Positions 9,692-20,894 of a stretch of DNA of 64,000 nt are shown here, in pieces (position 1 is the first letter of the stretch; every line of letters starts with the position of its first letter). Source of the DNA: Convolutriloba macropyga (Eukaryota); NCBI RefSeq assembly GCF_964194025.1, contig NC_134476.1, forward strand, positions 37,386,001 through 37,450,000, written 5' to 3'. A model generated the notes under the pieces. It had not been told where the DNA came from and did no database searches. It saw only the letters and a program-made list of their open reading frames with translations. A program made the translations under genes and the position numbers.

Positions 9692-10167
9692 AAACATAGC
9701 CGGCAGATTGCCGGAATAGCTGCGAAATAGACTTGCGTGCCGTAAAATACAGATGGAAAAAGATACAGAAGTGAGTTGATAATAGTTATCGCCGCCGCCT
9801 ATAAAACTTACAAGTTTATTTCAAAGGAGGTTGTTTTTGGGTGCAAAAAAAAGTTTCCCTGTCGCGTCTCGAACCGGCGATCTCCGGATTAACAGCCAGT
9901 TGCCTTAACCACTCGGCTGTCGGACCATACAATCTGTTTTCTTACAATCAACTTTGCTTTACGAACAGATTCTGTTTCTGAATAACCGCAATTTAGGTCA
10001 CGCAGAAAGCGTGAAATCAAGCGCGAAAAAGCCATTTAAGCAGTGACGAGACAGAATGTTCTAGAACAAATGTAAAACGAAAATAAAGCGTCAGACGACG
10101 AAACAAAAAAAAACCAAGAGCACCGCAATATAGCTACGCTCAGCTTACAGCTTCGCAGCTATAAAAA
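9692..10167 (-). mobile_element. Non-autonomous Helentron-type (HINE/DINE-1-like) element
   Basis: Minus strand: T-run, 5' subTIR ATAGCTGCGAA with a nearby partial inverted copy (10129-10138), 3' subTIR TTCGCAGCTAT (9716-9726), GC hairpin CCGGCA-ATC-TGCCGG (9700-9714), then CTATGTTTT. Confidence 0.65.
9855..9926 (-). pseudogene. tRNA-Asn(GTT)-like sequence inside the HINE
   Basis: D-arm/A box AGCCGAGTGGTTAAGGC, anticodon loop CTGTTAA, T-loop/B box GGTTCGAGAC, followed by a T8 run. Acceptor and T stems pair poorly. Confidence 0.7.
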
Positions 10168-11304
10168 CAACACTCAGATCTCTGAACGGATATATACAAA
10201 CATTTACAGGCGTACTTAAATGTTTCCTACCAATTAAAAAAGAAACTCTCGTTTAACTTGTTTTTCTTATCTTTACATATCCATCCCACTGAGGTAAACA
10301 ACATCATAATCAAAGACGACGGATTTAAACCACCAAAAATTAATTTCAGAAAATCTAGGGGAATGCAATCAGGGTAGTCATGAACGTAGTAACGAAATCA
10401 GGAAAAAAAAAGGACCGGCTGCTAAATGTTTCCTACGTTTCGCTCCTATTCTAAGCCACATCAGAGGTTCAATCAAATTTCTTGTTACTGTAGTGATAAC
10501 AAAATCGAACTGTCTTTAAAGTCACTTCACAAAAAGTAAATTGCCGAGACATCAAATAAACACAATAACTCGACAAAATGCACTGAATCTGAAATTTTCA
10601 GGAATCTTGAAGGGAACATGCTAGCCATTTAGAACAAAAAATATTTGCCGGAGATTTGCCTGTTGTCAGCAAAGGTTAAAACAAATAAATCAGTGAAATT
10701 TTGAAGTGAAGGTTAAGCTGAGCTACGTTTGTAGTTTTTTTCTGTTTTTTCCAAAAAAAAAATTACGACTGAAGCAATTCAGAGAGCAGAAAAATTACCA
10801 AAATTGAGCGGAATGAATAAAAATTTGGCTGAAGTCTAGATTTAATTTCTAGATTAAATTTATTAAAAAAGAATATTGCTAAAAACCATTGAAGCGCTTC
10901 AACTGTAGATGCAGACTGCTTCCATTTATATCACATGCGGGATGCCCAATAAAAAGGTCGAAAATTGTTACGACTATTTAGATGCTGTAACCAAGGGCAA
11001 CAGTAATGCTGTGAACAAGTGACGCCAGGAGCAAAAAACAGTGACGAGATCTTGTCACTTGTATGTGCTAGTTCAAAAACAGTTATAGTGGACAAATAAA
11101 AAGAATATTTCCAATTTTGAAGCAAATCTCAACTAGTTTACAACTAGAATCTTAAAACATGGTCACTTAAAAGAGTGACATAATCGAGTAAATTTCCTCG
11201 CTAAAAAGAACTATTGTCAACGCAATGGCAGACTTATAATAAACACGATATATTGGATATGGCATTAAATATCGTTGGCATTAGCGGTAAGTCCTGTCAT
11301 TTAC

Positions 11305-11726
11305 CCCGATTATTCTGACTGTCATCCAAAGTTAATTGGAAACAACTGCACTGTTCGCAATCTTTGCTAAACGACTGCGCACGTTTATATTCACTACTCT
11401 GGTCAAAAGAGGATGGACTGGTCGGGCTGTTAAATATGTTCAAACTGCTTTTCTTTCTCTTCTTTTCCTTTTTGGGAGCTACAACATTACTATTTTTGAA
11501 ATTCTGCTGCTGATGAAGATGGCAAGTTCCAGTGTGTCGTAGGTGATTCTGACAAATATTTGACTCCTCCTCAAAGTGTGATTGGGGAAATGGCTCACTT
11601 AAACGCGGCAGGGTGGTGGGAGGGTGTCTCGGTTGTTGCAGTTGAGGTGATTGCTGATTCTGGGGCTGCTGCTGTTGAGCAAATAGCCATGCAAATGGCA
11701 GCGAGTGGGATCTGTGTCTATTCGAT
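11305..11726 (-). CDS. Candidate internal exon of an unidentified host gene (Q/P/S-rich with basic cluster)
   Basis: TTTCAG acceptor and G|GTAAAT donor bracket an open frame of ~140 codons (QQQQPQNQQSPQLQQP..., PKKEKKRKK). GC content is higher than the flanks. Confidence 0.45.
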
Positions 11727-13128
11727 CTGAAATTCATTCATTCAATATCAAAAAATATTTCTGCAATCAGAACTCGCATAACCGGCGATGTTGTGACAAA
11801 GAAAAGCCCACTTAGGTTCTAGTGGCCACCTTTGGTGATCGACAAAGTTCAAGTTGTTATCGCAGCAGAACATTTGAACGATTACAAAAAAAATTGTGCC
11901 GACAAAAATTCGGAATAATCAATGCCCGGACCCAATACCTCTTTTGATGACATTCCGCAAAAATTATAGCCGGATACAGACCGTGCGGCTGCAAATGTGT
12001 AATGAAATCTTGACGTGTCCTAACCAACCATTCGAAAATTTTCCGAAGAAAATTTAGTTAACAGATGCCGATTATGTTCTCAATGAAAAGTATTTTGATC
12101 ATTGCCAAAACCTCTGGGAATCACTAAAGGAAATTTTTAGCAATTTATCTCAAAAATTTTCTCAAAAAAAAGATTGTGAAACAAGTTTCAAAAATTGCAG
12201 CTCTTAATTTTTTTTTACATGGAACACGGTAGTAACAAATATTTGAACAGTGAGCAAAACAAATTTCATAGTTACGTAGACACGATAAAAAAAATGATTG
12301 AAAAGACAACGAAGAAAATTGTGAGTTCAAGTTAAAATTTCAGCTCCTGCATTTTCTCCAGTGGCAAAAATGAGAATCAATTTTTGTCCAGTAAGTATAT
12401 TAGATCCCATACTTATATAGACACAATCAATCAATCAGAAAAACTGCTTAATTTTATTTATCAATGACAATAATTTTTTTGTAATTCGTTAAAAACAATA
12501 TTGTAAAAAGTGACCACAAAATTATTCCCAGCCCACTTTTAGTGGGGGATGGGGGAGGAACACTATGCTTAAATGGTTTTTTAGTTGTCAATTTTGGCCG
12601 ATCGGTATATTGTTAGTGGCATCACAAATCACTTTTCACACTGAATTTTTTCACATTTAACGGCGATTTTCGGGCAGTTCTTAATTTTTGATTAATTAAA
12701 CTAAATATTACCGTATTGTAGCGACATGACTTGAGAATCCTGGTATTTTTGGTCTCGTGGTTTTTAGAATAAACAGATTTGTATTTGAATATAGATTTTT
12801 CGATTTCACATAAAAGCGCAATTTTAACGTGCGGCCATTTGAGTTTTGCTTGCGCTTTTTCTCGCGGCTCTCCCGCAAATGATACAAAAACGTTGTTCAA
12901 GCTTTAATGGTGCATAGATTTTATTGTCTACATTAGTCTGTGGGATCCCACTGAAGTTCTAACGAGGCCTAAATGAAATTACACAAATTTTTCAGTTAAC
13001 ATATGGAATTGAATAGAAAATGATTATTTTTGTTAAATAAATTCTTTCTGAATGAAAGAGTTGTTAATCTCTCTGTAGTTCGTATCATTTTCCGAGTACT
13101 GATAACCTCATTGATTGCAATAGTCATA

Positions 13129-13513
13129 TTGGTGATTTGTAAATAACCGATGATTTTTGCTGACTTGTCTCCCGGCCTCGAAAAAAAACAAGTCTGATCA
13201 GTCTTCTGATGCAGCATTATTCAAATCAGACAATTTATTTATTGAAGTTTTTGATTTTCTACAGCATGCCTTAAATTTGCTGTTAATAATTGTATTGGTG
13301 TTAGTGTTGTCCAGAAATTGACATCACAAACACCAATGCAATATTAACAGAAAATTTAAGGCATGATTTAGAACAATCAAAAACTATTCAAATACAAAAT
13401 AGCAAAAAAGGGATCACTGTCTAATCTGAATAATGCTGCATCAGAGCTGACTGGTTTTCATTGACGCAAAGAGACAAGTCAGCAAAAAACATCGATTATT
13501 TGCAAATCACCAA
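13129..13513. mobile_element. Palindromic foldback/MITE-like element (~385 bp)
   Basis: Imperfect inverted arms over the whole length (ttggtgatttgtaaata..gctgacttgtctc vs gagacaagtcagc..tatttgcaaatcaccaa), centre ~13315. Confidence 0.8.
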
Positions 13514-13947
13514 AAATTGGCTTTCAATTTAAACGAAAATCAGAAAACCAATAGAAACCTGGGTAGACTTTCACTTTGAACAAAACTCAGAAAACCAATA
13601 AAAACCTGGGTAGACTTCTGAATAGATGCTTTCGGTTTCTGAAATAATTAAGTGTGTAACAATTGAAACATCATTGTTTTTTCAATTTCGACCCCGTAAA
13701 TTTTCAGAATGTGATCAAATTATCTCAAAATTAGGTTTTATTTCGGTTAAGCGTTCCGTTAAAACTTTTGAAACTTGTCACAGTGTCCTAAAACAAACAC
13801 ATAATTTAAATTTTTGCCCATTTGGGATTTGTTTTACAGATTATGCATAATTTTTTTTCGCAAAAACTGGATTTCTCGTTTTTCAGCATTTTTCCTTTTT
13901 TTGCATATGTGGGGGCTTATATGACTTGATAAAGAATGCATTAGATC

Positions 13948-14246
13948 TGTGGTACCCCGTGGTATCCACTAACAACCTAACCTATCATTATTGCAGTAAA
14001 TTCATATTCAGTGAAATGCCGTACATTTGTAGCCTTCTGTTCTATGCGCCTCTCAATCGTACCACGATTGATTACCACAGTGACTGGTAGTTGTAACCTT
14101 CAGCTCAACTATCACGTTGGCAGCGAATTGCCTAATCGCAGTCTGCCTTAACGTTAGTAATCAACAGTTGTCATTGAACATCTTTTGAATCACCTTATTC
14201 AGCATACCAGGCTTATCGAATAGCGCAACACTTTCCGAGCACAACA
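13948..14246 (+). repeat. 5' LTR of element B
   Basis: TGTGG...CAACA; 7 substitutions versus the 3' LTR, counted by eye. Confidence 0.97.
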
Positions 14247-15330
14247 TGGCGCAGTCAGACAAAATAGGACGCACGGCGCTAGGACTTGAACCCTTCTGGA
14301 ACAAACCTAGCAGTAACCCACCAATATCATGGGAGAAATGGAGGAGTCAACTCAAAATGGCCCTCGTCGCTAAGACAAACATCGAACTAGATGAACTACT
14401 CGAAGGAGACCGACGACAGTCATTTACCCCCCCCCCCCGAACCGGTAGAGGAACAACCCGCACAGAATCCAACACAAGCAATGGAAAGAGAACGAATAAC
14501 GAGGTACCACCAGGCAATAGCCAAATGGAAAAACGAATGTAATCAAATCGATGGAATAGGGGTCCAATGCGGCGACAAACCATGGGACATGGCAGATAGA
14601 AAAGCCAAACCTCTGATCTACCTTAGCCTCGGAAGTGAAGGACGAAAGATGCACGCAAGAAAGTTATCCCACACAAACGTGGAATCAAAATCAACAATGG
14701 AACTATGGGACGAATTAGAGCAAACGTTCATCCGCCCAAGAAATGTAACGTTCGATAGATACCTTCTGTTGACACGCAAACAACACCGAGGGGAAACAAT
14801 GGAACAATTCACTGTCAACTTGCCGATTTAGAAGATGAACTCCTAAGGGATATATTCAGCGCAAGCATGATAGATCAAGAGATACAAAAAGAACTGCTAA
14901 AAACAACCCTCACCCCAGAAAAGGCCCTCGAACTAGCAGTGAGTATCGAATTAGGCATCAGAAGCCAATTAGCCATACAGGCAGGGCAACCATTGGATGC
15001 TTCGGCAACACCATTTAATGGACGAGAGGAACCAGTCATGGAAATCTCAAGCTCACGCTTCCGGGGATCACCACCAACAACACCGCGAGGTATGGGTAGA
15101 GGAAACGGCAGAGGCATGAACAATAACAACATAGCATCCACTCACAACTGCAGGAACTGCGGACAACCCTGGCAAGGCGGACAACCCTGGATAGCAACCA
15201 CCGAGCAAGGTGCCAAGCAATCGGCCAAACGTGCCGCCGATGCAACAAACAGAACCACTATGCGAAGGTTTGCAGATCCAACCTTAATAGACCCCAATCC
15301 GGAAGATCTGTGAACGAAATCGACAACCAG
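14246..15330 (+). pseudogene. gag: gag of element B (frameshifted)
   Basis: MAQSDKIG...WEKW..., FDRYLLLTRKQ..GETMEQF, knuckles CRNC..H..C and CRRCNKQNHYAKVC spread over several frames. Confidence 0.9.
14247..14256 (+). promoter_or_regulatory. Primer binding site, tRNA-Ser-like
   Basis: TGGCGCAGTC immediately after the LTR; complement of a ...GACTGCGCCA tRNA-Ser-type 3' end. Confidence 0.75.
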
Positions 15331-15333
15331 TGA

Positions 15334-18300
15334 TTGGACCAACAAACACAGGGCATAAACATGATCTCACTAAACCCGGACACCCACTCGTCATACAAAG
15401 ACTCAGCGGACGAATACTCAGTTAACATGATGGAAACACCGGACGACCTCACAACACCATCAAAACTACAAATCCAATATGGTCAGAGTAAATTCTGGGT
15501 AATGGTTGACTCAGGAAGTTCCACTAGCATCGCCACGGAACAAATGGCGAAAGATATAGAGGCAAGAGACATCAACACGTGGTGGAGCAGAACAACAAAT
15601 CCACTGAAACTAAAGAGCTACACCGACACCCCTATAAAAACCCTGGGAACCCTCTACTGCGACATTGAGTGCAACGGCTGGAAGGCAGGACGCGTGGACA
15701 TCATAGTGGTCCCGGACAAACACCGAGCGATTGTGGGAAGGGACCTGTTCGAACCCCTAGGAATACAACTAAAACAACACGACTCCCCAAAGTCCTCAGG
15801 TAAGAACGTCAACTCAATAGACACCCCTCAAACCCCCTCAATCAAGGAAGAAGTAGCAATTAAATACAATAACCTAACAACCAGAATAGGACGATCCATA
15901 CACCATAAGGTAAAATCACAATTTAAGTCAAACTACACCCCCGTCCATCAAAAAGGAAGACGCGTACCACTACACCTCGAAACACAAGTAGAAGAACTAA
16001 AAAATTTACAGAAAAACAGACATATAACCAAACTAGAAAAATGTAGCGACGAATTTTTCATATCACCTATCATAATAACAGTGAAGAAAGAAATCAATAA
16101 AACGAGCAATGGAGTCGAAAACAATCAACAAATCAATTCACAAAAACAAATATCAGATGCACAACATCGACTGCCTAATGGACAGCATCGCACAAACCAT
16201 CACTCAATCGTCCGACGAAGGAGAAGTCCTATTCTCAACAATAGACCTACGCTACGCATACAGCCAATTACCACTCGATGACGATACAGCAAAAAAAATG
16301 CAATTTCAATATCATAGGCGGTCAAGCCAAAGGAACATATCGATTCAACACTGGATATTACGGACTAACAGATATGCCGGCAGAATTCCAAAAAGCCATA
16401 GACAAAATTTTATACAACCTATCGAATACATTGTTTTCTGGACGATATCATTATTGTTACAGGAGGTGGTTTACAAAACCATAAAGAAAAATTGTTCAAA
16501 TGCCTAGACAGACTAAATGAAGAAAACCTGGCAGTAAACGTTAATAAATGCCACTTCGCAAAAATAAGATAACTTGGCTAGGCTATGAAAAAGACCAAAA
16601 AGGTATTAAACCAATCGTCTCTAAGACACAGGCAATACTTAATCTGAAGCTACCCTCATCCCATAAACAACTCAAATCATTCTTAGGAAGCGTCCACCAC
16701 CTAACGAAATTTATACCAAATCTAGCACCCCTATGTCGCGAATTAAGAAACTTACTACAAAAAGATACGAAATACGTATGGACAAATCACCACCAAACAA
16801 AGTTCGAAAACATAAATAAATGCATACGCAACCTGACAGAAAACACACATTATGACACAAAAAGAAAGACCGGAGTTAAAACAGACGCATCAAGATCGGG
16901 CCTAGGGGCAGTCCTCGAACAAGAAACTTGCAACGGGAGGAAGACAATATCCTACGCCCCAAGATGATTAAATAAAGCAGAAAAAAATACAGTATAAACG
17001 AATTAGAATTATTAGGAGTTGTATGGGCGTTAGCACACTTTAAACACTATTTATTAGGTTACCATTTCACAGTACAAATCGACCAGAGGGCTCTTCTATC
17101 AATGCTTAAAGAACGATCAAGTAAAATCCACCAAAGCCGCCTAACCAGGTGATACGATAGATTAATTCGATCCAATTTTACTATAGAACACATAGCCGGA
17201 ACAAAGATGGGACTAGCAGATTACATGTCCCGAAATCCATCCGAACCTGCAAAACCCCCGAGCACTTATGACGAAAATTTTATAATAGCTCAAATAGACG
17301 TCATAAAAAAACACTAGAAATCATACGTAAAAGAGGCAGACCAAGGAAACTAAACAATAACAAAACACAGCACAACACATTAACGACGCACAACGATTCC
17401 AATGACACAAACAAATACAATGGAATCGTCCAACGATTCCAACCATTCCCTATATTGCCAAACCAAACGACAGAGATGCAGGCCCAGAAAAGCAAACGTG
17501 GAATCGTCGACCGATTCCACACTAACAAAAAACAATACCGACAAACGCGGTATGACTACAAACAACTCACCAAAGAATAGAAAACACAGCCTACGCAGCA
17601 GTCACAAGACATTCCAAATACAACAAAAACAACGGATAATGACGTCACTAACAATACGCAAGACAAACAGCAAACGAATACACACGCGCATTTGCCAATT
17701 AACACAGCTATACTCCAACAGCATAATTCAAACAAACAACACAATTTAACAAATCAAATGGAGCACACAACAAATAACCCAAATAGCGCCACCGCGAAAT
17801 CACCAGTGCAGAAAACATCCTTCTCAATGAGCAACTACCTAAGCCCTACCCCAAAAGCATCGCCTCCTAAATCAGACGACCAACTCTCAAAACAACTGGA
17901 GAGCGTGTTCAATCAACAACTAATTGCAGCAATGATCAATAGAGATACGGTGCAACGGGAGATCAGAGACTGCATAACCAATGAGGACCAAGCTCGATGC
18001 AAAAGCCTGAGCAAGCAGATATACGCAAAATGGGGAAACCTAAGCGTCAACAACGGCTGCATACTGGTGGACAACAAATTAGCAATACCCAACATCCTGA
18101 AGGAATCTGTAATGAACGTCCTCCATGCAACGCATCCAGGAGCGTGGGGCATGACTGAACTAGGGCAGAGATTATGGTGGCCATTCATCAACCGAGATTT
18201 AATCAATAAATCCAAAACGTGTCAACCCTGTACCGAATTTGGTAAGAATCTTAAAAGCTTAATACGAAAGTCCGATTGGACACAAACAACAAATACACAA

Positions 18301-19612
18301 TAGACAAAAGTCCGATAAACAAATACATAACCCAACACGGAGTACCTAGAAACATTAGACTAGATCAAGCCAGATGCTTAAAAGGTAATAAAATACAACA
18401 ACTATGTAAACGATACAACAATGAATTATTATATGCCCCAGCTAACGACCATCGCCCAATAGGACTAGTAGAACGTCTAGTACAAACCGTCAAACGACGA
18501 TTGGGCTGCATAAAACTCGACCCCAATCAGAAACCGTTCAATATTAAGAACGCCCTACAAAACATATCATTTGAACTACGCACATGCAGAAAGAAAAATT
18601 CAAAACTCTCCCTTATCGAAGCCCACTATGGAAGAAAAGCGAACACCGCACTAACAAACATAACATCTAAACCAAATATCAAAAACTTAAATTGGTCAAA
18701 CACTTTAAATACTATTTAGATGACAACATCATAGGAGAAGAGGAACTCATCAGTCAGGAAAAATGGTATGACGAGGATCTAGATAGTGATGCCGAAGTAA
18801 AAGCAACGAAACAACGGAAGCTACAGGAGGCCAAAGATGACGAAGGTGAAGTACCCCGAATCATCAAACTCCCAGCCGCCAACTTCGAAGAACCATTAGC
18901 CAGAAACAGCCCTCGACTCCAATTAGCCCGCAAAACTCTTGCCGCCTCGCGAAACAAGAAGCAACTGCAAGGACTCTATGAGGCCATTCCGGTGGGGGCA
19001 GCACTCGTCAAAACAGCTGACAGCACAGTAACGATCAAAGTACCAGGCCAGCAGGACACCTCAATAAATCTGATGTCGCAAAATTCGGCACGCCAGAGCA
19101 ACGCCACATTCGTCATTAATTTCGCCGCCAGAAAGACCGTGCGCAATCATCATGCAATGCTCATACAGAGCATGGAATCACACGCACAAGACATCAAAAA
19201 CAAGATCGTCGGCCAACGAGCCATCCGCAAAAGAGCACCCCAAGCGTCGGATTTAGACAAAAAGGCAAAAGCCAACCTCGCAAAGGTCAACCGCATCAGA
19301 ATCCCACCTAAAAGAACCTATCAGCCATCACCCAGAAAAGGATCTCCCAAAAAGAGAAAGCTCTCGACGGCATCATCACAAGAGTCAGCAGACGAACAGG
19401 GCGACGAACTCCACGAGTCCGATACTAGCCGAGATTACAAAGCCGCACCCAAACAACCCGAAAGTACATTACTAGTGGAAACAACTGGAGCATCCACCCG
19501 ACGCAGAGCACGAGACAAAAAGAAGCCGAAACGGTACGGTGATCTCACAGAAATGTCATCCTCGGATGAATCGTCGGACAATGACAAGCCCCAAAACATC
19601 GAAGAGGAATAA
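15334..19612 (+). pseudogene. pol: pol of element B (PR, RT, RNase H, integrase, long C-terminal tail)
   Basis: VDSGS protease; ISPII, IDLRYAYSQL, FLDD (16435-16446); TDASRSGLGAVL, ELELLGVVWA; HATHPG..CQPC; HGVPRNIRLDQ, GLVER. Multiple frameshifts; the first catalytic Asp region of the integrase core is missing near 18290. Confidence 0.93.
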
Positions 19613-20139
19613 GCATCGCTTCCTATTTTCCACCCAGAACAACCCTTGCTGAAACCACGTCACTGCCGCCCCACAGCGTAATACCTTTGACCTTATCCAG
19701 CCATATCCACCCGGCCGAAAACATTGGAATCGCTCCAAGACATCAGCGAAGACCGAACCCACGGAGATATGCTTGCGATCTTCAAACAGGACCAACCTGA
19801 ACGCTCCCTTCAACCCCACAAATTATAGTCAACAAAGTTAAAAACTCAAAAACTCTGATCATAGTAAAACTCCTAGCTCAAACTTATTATGTTGCCCTGT
19901 CATATTACTTGAAAGTATCTGTAACCATTAATTGTAGTTACAATAGCAACCACCAAACCTCTAGTGCTCACATTTGCAACCCACCACCAAGACATAACCA
20001 TAGTTGTTACTAGTTCTCATCGCCCTAACGCGCTCAGTACTTTACACTGTTAACAACCTTTCAATTGTTACTAAAAGTTCATCAAATTGTATTCATACTC
20101 AATCATCACTAACCTTTATGTTATTTTGAAATTTTCTCT

Positions 20140-20150
20140 AGAGGGGGAAA
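20140..20150 (+). promoter_or_regulatory. Polypurine tract of element B
   Basis: AGAGGGGGAAA immediately before the 3' LTR. Confidence 0.9.
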
Positions 20151-20449
20151 TGTGGTACCCCGTTGTATCCACTAACCACCTAACCTATCATTAGTGCAGT
20201 AAATTCATATTCAGTGAAATGCCGTACATTTGTAGCCTTCTGTTCTATGCACCTCTCAATCGTACCACGATTGATTACCACAGTGACTGGTAGTTGTAAC
20301 CTTGAGCTCAACTATCACGTTGGCAGCGAATTGCCTAATCGCAGTCTGCCTTAACGTTAGTAATCAACAGTTGTCATTGAACATCTTTTGAATCACCTTA
20401 TTCAGCATACTAGGCTTATCGAATAGCGCAACACTTTCCGAGCACAGCA
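20151..20449 (+). repeat. 3' LTR of element B
   Basis: Direct repeat of 13948-14246, followed by TSD AGATC. Confidence 0.97.
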
Positions 20450-20894
20450 AGATCAATTGATAAGTTCGATATGTTCCAGTGATTACCACAGTGACTGGTA
20501 GTTGTAACCTTGAGCTCAACTATCACGTTGGCAGCGAATTGCCTAATCGCAGTCTGCCTTAACGTTAGTAATTAACAGTTGTCACTGACCATCTTTTGAA
20601 TCACCTTATTCAGCATACTAGGCTTATCGAATAGCGCAACACCTTCCGAGCACAGCAAGATCAATTGATAAGTTCGATATGTTCCAGTGATTACCACAGT
20701 GACTGGTAGTTGTAACCTTGAGCTCAACTATCACGTTGGCAGCGAATTGCCTAATCGCAGTCTGCCTTAACGTTAGTAATTAACAGTTGTCACTGACCAT
20801 CTTTTGAATCACCTTATTCAGCATACTAGGCTTATCGAATAGCGCAACACTTTCCGAGCACAGCAAGATCAATTGATAAGTTCGATATGTTCCA
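20272..20894 (+). repeat. Tandem triplication, 208-bp unit spanning LTR end, TSD and flank
   Basis: Units start at 20272, 20480 and 20688 (tgattaccacag...). Confidence 0.95.

Larger units (their letters stand above)
13948..20449 (+). mobile_element. Ty3/Gypsy LTR retrotransposon B (Mag-like), both LTRs present, degenerate
   Basis: Two 299-bp LTRs, 5-bp TSD AGATC (13943-13947 and 20450-20454), PBS, PPT, gag-PR-RT-RH-IN order, two zinc knuckles, gag and pol in one frame. Confidence 0.97.

Noticed and set aside
9855-9926. Functional tRNA-Asn gene
   Set aside because: Acceptor and T stems do not pair; treated as tRNA-derived.
12404-12953. Degenerate TIR element (GATCCCA..TAGAC at both ends, CAGTG-like right terminus)
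   Set aside because: Match too weak and left terminus missing.
18692-20139. env gene in element B
   Set aside because: The 306-aa ORF is the hydrophilic Pol tail, with no signal peptide or TM segment; no separate 3' ORF.
20272-20894. CRISPR-like array (also considered for 43415-44216 and 51276-52775)
   Set aside because: Units are fully repeated with no unique spacers, there are no cas genes, and the context is eukaryotic TE sequence.
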